Virus record (IMG/VR): IMGVR_UViG_3300024308_000302
Span: 124,001-188,000 of that record
DNA length: 64,000 nt
Direction: 5' to 3' (one strand)
The translations under genes were made by a program, and so were the position numbers. Below are positions 49,525 through 57,691 of this stretch, piece after piece. How positions within the stretch are numbered: position 1 is the first letter of the stretch; each line of letters begins with the position of its first letter. The notes beneath the pieces were generated by a model, which saw nothing but the letters and a program-made list of their open reading frames with translations, searched no databases and was not told where the DNA came from.

Positions 49525-50165
49525 TAGATAAGAATCATTTTTAAGGCTTCAATTTTATCATTTAACATATGTTTTTGCAATGCAACTTTGAAATCTTTTT
49601 CCTGAAATATTTCAAAAAAGGCATCTGGTCTTTTATAAGCTATGTAGCTGAGTCTTATTGTTTCAAGAATTTCATTATAATCAAGAGTATCGTTCACAAT
49701 TTCTACGATACTATTATTTTCAATGTAAAAATCCTTAAAGTATGACAAATAGTTAGACTTTGTATAATATTCAAACCTATTTTCAAGGTGGTATAAATCA
49801 ACTCCAGCAGAGTAAATATGATTTTCATTAAGAATAAAACAACTCCAAGATTCTCTATCAACAGTAAATTGAGATGAAATTTTCATGTTATAATTAGTAT
49901 TAAATGGCAATTTAAGTAAGTAACTAGAAGGTAAGCGAATTTCAAACCCCAGAAATCCACTTTTACCATAAGCCACGTTCAATGTGGCAATTACTGATTG
50001 TTTAAAAGAAAATTCAAATTGTTCATAATCAGCACAATAAACATGAACTACACCGTTATTAATAAGTTGAAACTTATCATTAATAATTTTGAAAAGCTTA
50101 ACAATGGTTTCCTTCTCAACTTTTGGATACCATTGATCTTGATTAACTAATAAGAAATCAATCAT
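49524..50165 (-). CDS. Hypothetical protein, C-terminal motif family
   Basis: Ends IEALKMILI. Confidence 0.72.
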   Translation of the reverse strand: MIDFLLVNQDQWYPKVEKETIVKLFKIINDKFQLINNGVVHVYCADYEQFEFSFKQSVIATLNVAYGKSGFLGFEIRLPSSYLLKLPFNTNYNMKISSQFTVDRESWSCFILNENHIYSAGVDLYHLENRFEYYTKSNYLSYFKDFYIENNSIVEIVNDTLDYNEILETIRLSYIAYKRPDAFFEIFQEKDFKVALQKHMLNDKIEALKMILI

Positions 50166-50166
50166 G

Positions 50167-50682
50167 TTAGATTTCCAGATTTAAATGCATACGCATAAGG
50201 TGTCTAACTCTTGAGATCTCTTCAATAATCCAATCATATTGAGGAACAGTAATGATTTTTGCATTTTGCTGATCTTTACCAAAATAATAATAATGAACAA
50301 GAGGCAATGTTGAATAGGTCAATTCTTTAAGGATATCTTTATTTTGACGAAGTTTACAACGAATGGCTTCACAAACGTCTTCTTTGAAATAATAAGAAAA
50401 AATACCAGAACTGTCATCGTCTTTTACAGGAAGAAGTTTACGACCTAATTCTTTTGCAGCAAGTCCATAGGTCAATTTGATTTCTTCTGAATCAATGCCA
50501 TGTTCCAAAAGAAGACGGAAATACCAAAAGGCTTCTACTGATGCAAATTTACCATATTTGGGATGAACAAAATAACTACGATTAAAGTTAGTTAGCTTTT
50601 TGCCAAGAGCAGTTTTACCACGACTAAACACATTGATGTGATCGACGCCATCATTCAAGGGCGAAAGGATTATGTTTGTCAT
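50167..50682 (-). CDS. NADAR-like protein
   Basis: LTNF...FASVEAFWY...AAKELGR...IRCKLRQNKDILKEL pattern. Confidence 0.6.
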   Translation of the reverse strand: MTNIILSPLNDGVDHINVFSRGKTALGKKLTNFNRSYFVHPKYGKFASVEAFWYFRLLLEHGIDSEEIKLTYGLAAKELGRKLLPVKDDDSSGIFSYYFKEDVCEAIRCKLRQNKDILKELTYSTLPLVHYYYFGKDQQNAKIITVPQYDWIIEEISRVRHLMRMHLNLEI

Positions 50683-50745
50683 AATTAGCTCCTTGTCAAA
50701 TCAGAATTATAACATAATATCAATCGAAAATAAAGAAAAACCCGC

Positions 50746-51318
50746 TTAGAGCGGGTTATCATTCACTTCAACTACACAAGGTTTAATGATGCCTGAATCA
50801 AGCAAAATATCAAGTTCAGTTTTACCAGTGCCTGCCCAAGCAGCAGTTCGAAGATTTTTCGGAGCATCAGGGGTCATGTGAACCACAACAAGACCAGAGC
50901 TTTCAACGCGACCATGATAGCTGGAACATGCTTTCATACGGAGTTCATACAGTTCATCTACCGAAACTTTACAAGCGTAAAGGTGAGTATTTTGAGTAAG
51001 GCGTTTTCCAGTCATATGATGAGAACAAATTAGGGTAAGGTCTTCTGCATTTGGTGTATGCCCAATTTCTTCACCAGACTCACGAAGTGCAGCAGTAATG
51101 AGGTCTTCACCTTCATCTACCTGACCACCCACAAAGCCCATACTACCATCCCAACGAACCATAACACCAAGCAGAGAAACTTTAGCAAACCATGCACCTT
51201 CACCCCATTTGCGGCAGTCTGGGTTAGTTTGATACAGGTGGGTTGGGTCAGCATAAAATGCAATGAACACAGAGTTTTTGTCAGCCATAGTGCCATTAGG
51301 AACGCGGGATACTTGCAT
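50746..51318 (-). CDS. Nudix hydrolase, NUDT16-like
   Basis: MVRWDGSMGFVGGQVD...ALRESGEEIG Nudix box; THLYA. Confidence 0.85.
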   Translation of the reverse strand: MQVSRVPNGTMADKNSVFIAFYADPTHLYQTNPDCRKWGEGAWFAKVSLLGVMVRWDGSMGFVGGQVDEGEDLITAALRESGEEIGHTPNAEDLTLICSHHMTGKRLTQNTHLYACKVSVDELYELRMKACSSYHGRVESSGLVVVHMTPDAPKNLRTAAWAGTGKTELDILLDSGIIKPCVVEVNDNPL

Positions 51319-51372
51319 GGTAAATCCTCAATGATTAATGTAGATCTATTATAATATATCCTGAATAATCAA

Positions 51373-52164
51373 TCAACACCTATTTGGGGATTTTGATTCA
51401 TGCAGGCCATATTTGACAACAAAATCACAAAAGTCAGCATAAGTGATTGAGCCACCTTTTGAGAATAGCTGATTCAAATCTTCTGAAAACGAACGATGGA
51501 GAACAGTCAGATCAACTGGATAGATTTTATTGATGTTTATATTTTGCATATAGCGAGTAGTTTTTTCTAAATTATGCTCAAATTCAAGCTCAATACTTTC
51601 TGCAATCTTAATAATATCATTTTTTCCAATGTGGTGAATACCACTAAACATAGCACCAGATTCAAAGATCCAATGACGTTCAATCAACTTATCTCGATAT
51701 TTCTTACAAGACAACTCAATAACATCTTTCATATCAGACAAGGCATCAAAAATATTTTTTATATCACCATCTTTTACAGCACTATTAAAACCATCAACTT
51801 CATAAGAATCATTAGTATTAAAATCAATGCAATCCATAACGTCAGATTCATGGTCGCATCCATAGACAAGATTATGTAGGAGAGCCACTGTAAATTGATG
51901 ATGCAGTTGAGATTTTAATTCCATTTCAGCTAGCCTCATCTTATAGGTGTTAGATGTTTCTACCAAAACATCATAATTGATAGTCTCAACAAATTTTGGC
52001 ATAAAAGTTTTTACAAAATTATCAAAATCTGGGCCAATAAGATATAAAGGATCATGTGTATTATAGCTATCTACCCAAAAATAAGTAGCACGAGCAGCGA
52101 CTACACCAGACATAAGGTATAGCTGAGGATTGGTCAAAGAACAAATATCAGTAACTCTTGTCAT
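51373..52164 (-). CDS. Hypothetical protein
   Basis: 263-aa ORF. Confidence 0.75.
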   Translation of the reverse strand: MTRVTDICSLTNPQLYLMSGVVAARATYFWVDSYNTHDPLYLIGPDFDNFVKTFMPKFVETINYDVLVETSNTYKMRLAEMELKSQLHHQFTVALLHNLVYGCDHESDVMDCIDFNTNDSYEVDGFNSAVKDGDIKNIFDALSDMKDVIELSCKKYRDKLIERHWIFESGAMFSGIHHIGKNDIIKIAESIELEFEHNLEKTTRYMQNININKIYPVDLTVLHRSFSEDLNQLFSKGGSITYADFCDFVVKYGLHESKSPNRC

Positions 52165-52292
52165 AGATAACCTTTATTAAATTAAAATGGTTGAATTTTC
52201 AATATTCAACCAATTTGGTTGTTAAAAAAAACAATAAAATTTTACTTTTGTCAAGTTTAAAATAGAATTTTTATTCAAATAATTCAATTATT

Positions 52293-52502
52293 TTAAAGAT
52301 CTGTGAATCCACCATAGCCATTTTGCGGATAATGGTCATTTTCAAGCTTGCTCAACGCTGCCTTACGTTTTTGTTCGATAAATGCGGTCGATGAAAAAAT
52401 GGACTTGTTTTTTAATTCATTATCGTATGTTTGATTGATTTGCTGTTTTTCACTACGATAATGATCTTGTGCAGAATAACCAGAATCAGAATTGCTCATC
52501 AT
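52293..52502 (-). CDS. Small hypothetical protein
   Basis: AGGAG SD. Confidence 0.6.
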   Translation of the reverse strand: MMSNSDSGYSAQDHYRSEKQQINQTYDNELKNKSIFSSTAFIEQKRKAALSKLENDHYPQNGYGGFTDL

Positions 52503-52600
52503 ATAATAAATACTCCTTAAACAATAAAAATAATATCAAATAAATAAAAAAAAGGCAATAAAAAAGCCATCATTAGATGGCCTTTTAAACAACCTACATA

Positions 52601-52915
52601 TTAACTTTCGAAAAGCTCACCAATTTTGAGAGCCATCATCATATCTCCTTCGATACGGAGCTTACCACTCATGAAAGCCTGCATACCGTCAAGTTCACCA
52701 GTAGACATAGCATACAGGGTGTCTGAATCAGCTACAAAGGTAGTAGTCGATTCCTTTGGAGCAGTTTCAACAACAGTACAGGCAGAATTTTTAATTTGCA
52801 AGTAGAAGTCTTTGTCATCAGGAACATTGAAATGATAAATCAGATCAAGACCAGAAGCCGCTTCTGCGTTGAATTTAGCAATGAAATTGGTTTGTGCTTG
52901 TGCTGTTTTAGACAT
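52601..52915 (-). CDS. SCP2 sterol/lipid carrier domain protein
   Basis: KFN...GLDL...GELDGMQAFMSGKLRIEGDMMMALKI. Confidence 0.9.
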   Translation of the reverse strand: MSKTAQAQTNFIAKFNAEAASGLDLIYHFNVPDDKDFYLQIKNSACTVVETAPKESTTTFVADSDTLYAMSTGELDGMQAFMSGKLRIEGDMMMALKIGELFES

Positions 52916-52936
52916 ATTGTTTCTCCACGATTAATT

Positions 52937-53023
52937 TGGTGCCCAAAGCCAGACTCGAACTGGCACTCCGATTAAGGAAAGGGATTTTAAGTCCCCCGCG
53001 TCTACCGATTTCACCATTTGGGC
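52937..53023 (-). tRNA. tRNA-Leu(UAA) copy 4
   Basis: GCCCAAA...CT-TAA-AA...TTTGGGCACCA. Confidence 0.95.
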
Positions 53024-53065
53024 GTGCGACTATTCTAATAAAGAATATTAAAACAGTCAATACTT

Positions 53066-53305
53066 TTATGATTTTTCTTGAGATTTTTTGAGTTGATGTT
53101 CTGCATCAAGCTCACGAATAGCAATATCCATTCTCATTCGATCAAGAACAGTGCTCTTTGCAATATCATTAGCATCAGCAATTTGATAAGGATTCAAAAA
53201 AGTTTCAAGATAAGCTAATGCTGTATTCCGGTCAGCCTCATTCATGAAACTCAACATCAATTGGCCACGGTTGAGGTCCAATTCAGTCTTGTCAATTTCA
53301 AGCAT
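53066..53305 (-). CDS. Hypothetical protein
   Basis: GAGG SD. Confidence 0.7.
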   Translation of the reverse strand: MLEIDKTELDLNRGQLMLSFMNEADRNTALAYLETFLNPYQIADANDIAKSTVLDRMRMDIAIRELDAEHQLKKSQEKS

Positions 53306-53439
53306 AATAACCTCTACACCTTATCCGTTGATTGGATGTGTAGTATAACAATATTCTGAAACATGGTCAATCATTAATGATGCGGATTATAGCAAAATTT
53401 TCTCAAAGTTAGCAAGTTAATTCTGTGATTTTGGAGCAG

Positions 53440-54051
53440 TCATTTGTATCGATAGGAAGTCACACGCTGACCTTGGACAAAATGATAAATATCAGTAACA
53501 ACAGAATCTACATATTCAACATAATGTATGCCAAGTGTATTAATGCTTTTGTTATTATATTGTCTGGTATGGATTTGTTTTATCTTGTCATCAATATAAA
53601 TATAAGATGCATACCAATAACCTTTATTTTTATCAACTTTTAAAGATTCCATAATTCGACCATTAACACAAATAACTTCTGATATTGAATAAACCCCATA
53701 ATTTAAATCTAAATCTACTTCAAAAATAGAATCATTCTCTTTAAAATAATAAATAGTATTTGTTTGAACTTGCTGCTTATCAGTAATTGTAATTTGAGCA
53801 ATGAAATCATCAATCATACGATGTTCATACAATGAAGTATATGTAAGAGGCTTAACTCTCAGATATTTAGAATGTTTCACATCCACTAACTCAAGCCCTA
53901 ATGGCTCAAGAGAATAGGTTAAATCTTTAGACCAGAATATTCTGTTGAAAGTAGTTGGTGCTTCATTAATAACTTTTTTAATAAATTCTGGATCTTTTAT
54001 TTTTAAAGAGAAATCATCTATTTTATGTTTAATATCATTCACTGTTAGCAT
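53440..54051 (-). CDS. Hypothetical protein
   Basis: 203-aa ORF. Confidence 0.7.
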   Translation of the reverse strand: MLTVNDIKHKIDDFSLKIKDPEFIKKVINEAPTTFNRIFWSKDLTYSLEPLGLELVDVKHSKYLRVKPLTYTSLYEHRMIDDFIAQITITDKQQVQTNTIYYFKENDSIFEVDLDLNYGVYSISEVICVNGRIMESLKVDKNKGYWYASYIYIDDKIKQIHTRQYNNKSINTLGIHYVEYVDSVVTDIYHFVQGQRVTSYRYK

Positions 54052-54204
54052 AATTATAATGTAATCATTTTGATATTAGTTTAAGTGAAAAGAATGAAAA
54101 AATCAAATATCAAAACAATACATTACAAAAAATATCATATAACAAATTGTATTATTTTAAAATAGATATATAATGATAAATATATATAATAATTTGGGTG
54201 CGAC

Positions 54205-54972
54205 ATGAATAAATCAAAATTAAGTTTCCCAGCAATAGTTGTTTGTATGTTAAGTTACAATGCTTCAAATGCAGCATATGTAGCAAAAGTTCCATTAGAG
54301 ATTCCACAAGGTGGATCGCTACCATATAATAGTATAATAATTGGTTCAGGTAATAAAGAATTAGATTTCGATCCACCTGATCCATTACCCACAGATGATG
54401 GTGTTGTATGCGAATACAATCTAACCAATTCTCCTAATATATCTGTTTATACAGATGGAATAATGAAGAGTCCTGATAATGAATGGATATCCTATAAGGA
54501 GATTTATTATCAAGGACAAAAAGTAATCAATGCTTTTAAAGGCAAAGAAATATTTAGACAAAATGATGAAATGTATAATATAGGTTACTATGAAGTATGT
54601 ATACAAGGTTCTCCATTATATAGTAATCAAAATAATGAAGTAGAAAATCAAGAATGGGATCAAGATGATTGTAGATATAATAACGAAACGGGAACTCAAT
54701 ATTCTTGGACTACCACCACTACAAGTGATGGTAGATATGCATTCCTGAATGCAAGTCTAGGAAGCTTTGGATATGTTACAGCAAATAGTAGTAATATAAT
54801 ATTCCCAGTAGGTACTATAACTGTACCAGAGGGAAAAATATTACCAGAAGGAAAGCAAAGAATAATAATAGGGAACACTGCATTTGATAGAGGTAACTAT
54901 TATGGATCTGTAAATATAGGTAATAATGTTTTCCAAAGCAAATATGAAGTATGTAAAAAAACAGGAAAATAA
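54205..54972 (+). CDS. Secreted protein, K(I/V)PLE family
   Basis: Signal peptide then AYVAKVPLEIPQGGSLPYNSIIIG; two C..YN..YEVC modules. Confidence 0.8.
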   Translation: MNKSKLSFPAIVVCMLSYNASNAAYVAKVPLEIPQGGSLPYNSIIIGSGNKELDFDPPDPLPTDDGVVCEYNLTNSPNISVYTDGIMKSPDNEWISYKEIYYQGQKVINAFKGKEIFRQNDEMYNIGYYEVCIQGSPLYSNQNNEVENQEWDQDDCRYNNETGTQYSWTTTTTSDGRYAFLNASLGSFGYVTANSSNIIFPVGTITVPEGKILPEGKQRIIIGNTAFDRGNYYGSVNIGNNVFQSKYEVCKKTGK

Positions 54973-55004
54973 AAAAAGCCATCAAAAGATGGCTTTCTTA
55001 TTAA

Positions 55005-55358
55005 TCATGTTTCGTTATCTTTTAAAATTTGACATAGCCAGCTTGATGCATCATTAAGATGAGATTCACCAGCGTCAATTTCATCCAGAAGCTTTCGGAA
55101 AGTATCAATATCGTTACAGCGTTCTTTTCGTGTATTTGTAAGCAGTTCAATAGCATCCGCTTTACCAGTTAGATCATCTGGTGATGAACTAAGCGTTGTC
55201 AGAACTCGATCAATACTAATTAAGTCATCACGAACTTTTTTGTAAAGCTTATCAATTGTTTGTCGAATTTCATATAATTTGAAATTAGATTTACCAACAA
55301 GATCATTTGATTCTTTAATAGCTTTTAGTACAAGTTTTTGCATGAATGATAACTCCAA
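55005..55358 (-). CDS. Hypothetical helical protein
   Basis: 117-aa ORF. Confidence 0.65.
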   Translation of the reverse strand: MELSFMQKLVLKAIKESNDLVGKSNFKLYEIRQTIDKLYKKVRDDLISIDRVLTTLSSSPDDLTGKADAIELLTNTRKERCNDIDTFRKLLDEIDAGESHLNDASSWLCQILKDNET

Positions 55359-55574
55359 TTAAATAATAGTCTCAAATCTATCAGAAATGTGATAACCATT
55401 AAGTTTAAGCCAATGTTTAATTTTCCCAGAGTCGTGCTCATGAAAAGTTTGTAATTGCTTGGTTCTCTCAGCATCCCAAAGAATAAAAAGACCTGAGCCG
55501 TATGAAGCAAGATATTCCAGACAAGCTGGTGTTGTGATTGGTTTTGAAAAAATAGATAGGAATTTTTTAAACAT
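55359..55574 (-). CDS. Hypothetical protein
   Basis: Start revised to MFKKF (AGGAG SD); the track extension overlaps tRNA-Leu(CAA). Confidence 0.7.
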   Translation of the reverse strand: MFKKFLSIFSKPITTPACLEYLASYGSGLFILWDAERTKQLQTFHEHDSGKIKHWLKLNGYHISDRFETII

Positions 55575-55609
55575 ATTTATTGAAACTCCTTTAGGTATTA
55601 TTTGAAAAT

Positions 55610-55693
55610 TGGTGCCCAAGGTCGGACTCGAACCGACACGTCTTTCGACAGAGGATTTTGAATCCACCGCGTCTACCATTCCACCACTCGGGC
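55610..55693 (-). tRNA. tRNA-Leu(CAA)
   Basis: GCCCGAG...TT-CAA-AA...CTTGGGCACCA. Confidence 0.93.
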
Positions 55694-55839
55694 TAAAAAT
55701 TCTACCCGCTGCGTAAGCTAAAAGCGTCCTCACACTGAAACACAAGTGTTAATGGCGATTTTGCTATTAACTTGCAACACACTAGTCAATTCGGTGTCCA
55801 ATGAGATTGGATTCAGCAAATTGAACGGCGTAGAAAAAC

Positions 55840-55914
55840 TGGTGCTAAGGACGGGATTCGAACCCGTGACCATCGGATTTAGAGGCCGTTGCTCTGCCGC
55901 TGAGCTACCAAAGC
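55840..55914 (-). tRNA. Amber suppressor-type tRNA(CUA), copy 1
   Basis: Loop CT-CTA-AA; acceptor GCTTTGG/CCTTAGC, ACCA. Confidence 0.85.
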
Positions 55915-55980
55915 ATGTTATTACTATCACTTGTTTTGTTGAGCCATTATACAACAAGACCCAACAAGAAACAAGTATTT

Positions 55981-56328
55981 TTATCGTTTAATTGCGACTT
56001 CCGTATCCCAATCCACTTCAACTCGCTGATTTTCATCGAAATCATAAAGACCTTCATGTCCAGATATTGATTCAATGTAAAGAGTTCGTTCACCACCTCG
56101 CCAACGAGCACTCCAGCTATCAGTATCAAAAATATCAATCAGAATATCTTTTAATGTAGGATACTTTTGTTTAAAAGACTTCCAACTCTTGTCAATCAGG
56201 ATTTCATCAACATGACCACCATTATTACCGAGTTCGGTGGCCCTCATGATACATTGATATTTTTTTGTGCCACGAATTCTGGTTTCTTCAAAGGTTATAT
56301 CTAAACCAATTTCTTCATTCAGAGCCAT
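55981..56328 (-). CDS. Hypothetical protein, YPxLK paralog family
   Basis: EETRIRGT...SWKSFKQKYPTLKDIL...GHEGLYDF. Confidence 0.8.
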   Translation of the reverse strand: MALNEEIGLDITFEETRIRGTKKYQCIMRATELGNNGGHVDEILIDKSWKSFKQKYPTLKDILIDIFDTDSWSARWRGGERTLYIESISGHEGLYDFDENQRVEVDWDTEVAIKR

Positions 56329-56351
56329 AGCAAAATCTCCATGTATAAATT

Positions 56352-56428
56352 TGGTGGGACTTGTAGGACTTGAACCTACGACCTGCCGATTATGAGTCGG
56401 ACGCTCTAACCAACTGAGCTAAAGTCCC
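56352..56428 (-). tRNA. tRNA(CAU), probably Ile2 (lysidine, reads AUA)
   Basis: GGGACTT acceptor; CGA-CTCATAA-TCG and TTCAAG resemble ileX. Confidence 0.85.
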
Positions 56429-56434
56429 GTAATT

Positions 56435-56845
56435 TTACATCAAACTATCAGCATAAAGCTTTTTGTGTTGATCTACAACACAACCAAAAGAATCTTCATA
56501 CAGATAAACAGATGATTTAATGGTTTCAATTGGTCTTGCCAACTCTGAATACATCAAAGTGTCAACACGATATCCACCACGCCCATTTTTACCTTTCCAA
56601 AGCTCCCAAACAAGTACAGCAAGCGTACCAATTTTGAAAACTTTTTCAGGTTTAAAGCTGCTCACATAATCTACACAACCAAAACCAGCAGCTATATGAA
56701 CTTTAATACCTTTTGGATTAACCTTTACTACAGTGCCAGAACATAACGAATAATCAATTAAGACTTTAACATCATCACCAATAGACAATGTTTTAGTTTC
56801 AATAATTTGTTTGATATGTTCTTCATATAGCATAATGTTATCCAT
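56435..56845 (-). CDS. Hypothetical protein
   Basis: WELWKGKNGRGGYR motif. Confidence 0.75.
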   Translation of the reverse strand: MDNIMLYEEHIKQIIETKTLSIGDDVKVLIDYSLCSGTVVKVNPKGIKVHIAAGFGCVDYVSSFKPEKVFKIGTLAVLVWELWKGKNGRGGYRVDTLMYSELARPIETIKSSVYLYEDSFGCVVDQHKKLYADSLM

Positions 56846-56848
56846 AAT

Positions 56849-56923
56849 TGGTGTTAAGGGTGGGATTCGAACCCACGACCATCGGCTTTAGAGGCCGCTG
56901 CTCTACCGCTGAGCTACCAAAAC
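56849..56923 (-). tRNA. Amber suppressor-type tRNA(CUA), copy 2
   Basis: Loop CT-CTA-AA; acceptor GTTTTGG/CCTTAAC, ACCA. Confidence 0.88.
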
Positions 56924-56968
56924 ATTTATTCTATAAATAAGATACAATTAAAGCATATTTATATAAAC

Positions 56969-57053
56969 TGGTGCCCGGTGCCAGACTCGAACTGGCACGA
57001 CTTTCGCCGGAAGATTTTAAGTCTTCTGTGTCTACCGATTTCACCAACCGGGC
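56969..57053 (-). tRNA. tRNA-Leu(UAA) copy 5
   Basis: GCCCGGT/ACCGGGC; CT-TAA-AA. Confidence 0.95.
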
Positions 57054-57331
57054 GTAAAAAATGAATTAAAAATTTGCGTGTGTCGAACTTAACTTTACAA
57101 CACAATCTGATTTACCCAGAGCCTTAGCTAGCCCTGTCTTCACAAGAAGAAAACACACCTAACTCTACAAGAAGTCAGATTTGGTAACTGAATACCTGTG
57201 AAACCATATTGTTGTAAAATAATATCCTTTTTTTCAACCCCTTCGTTTGGGCTGTCAACGTAACATCCGCTGAATAACACCTATATACCTGCAACTGGAT
57301 ATAGTTACAACTTTTTAACTCATTGCAAAAC

Positions 57332-57417
57332 TGGTGCCCGAAGCCGGACTCGAACCGGCACTCCGATTAAGGAAAGGGATTTTAAGTCCCCCGCGTCTAC
57401 CATTTCACCACTCGGGC
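57332..57417 (-). tRNA. tRNA-Leu(UAA) copy 6
   Basis: GCCCGAG...CT-TAA-AA...TTCGGGCACCA. Confidence 0.95.
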
Positions 57418-57586
57418 TTAAATAAAACATCAATATGGTCTACTCTATTTATGTTCGCACCGAGTAGTTTTCCATACTTACAAGCTATATTGGCAACCGA
57501 AGCTGTTATTCCAAAACAAGCCACTTGTAAGAAGTGCTGTTTCATTGCTGCAAGATTTTGTATCTCCGTTTCGTCTTGATGGGCCT

Positions 57587-57615
57587 ATTATAAAGAAGGT
57601 GACATACAAGGTCAA
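57587..57615 (-). promoter_or_regulatory. Sigma70 promoter for Leu/amber tRNA operon
   Basis: TTGACC-17-TATAAT; leader CATCAAGACG shared with the promoter at 2836. Confidence 0.8.
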
Positions 57616-57691
57616 GTGTTTTTTTTGTTTATTTTTCAAATATTTATCGAAAAAATCTTTGACAAAATCTTAAAGAATATGTTAAGGATAA

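Noticed and set aside
55790-55839. HDV-like (theta) ribozyme after the amber tRNA
   Set aside because: Only two simple hairpins, no nested double pseudoknot, and the tRNA already encodes CCA
44812-57417. Leu tRNA copies as att-site duplications from integrated elements
   Set aside because: All copies are full length with compensatory changes, and no integrase is present
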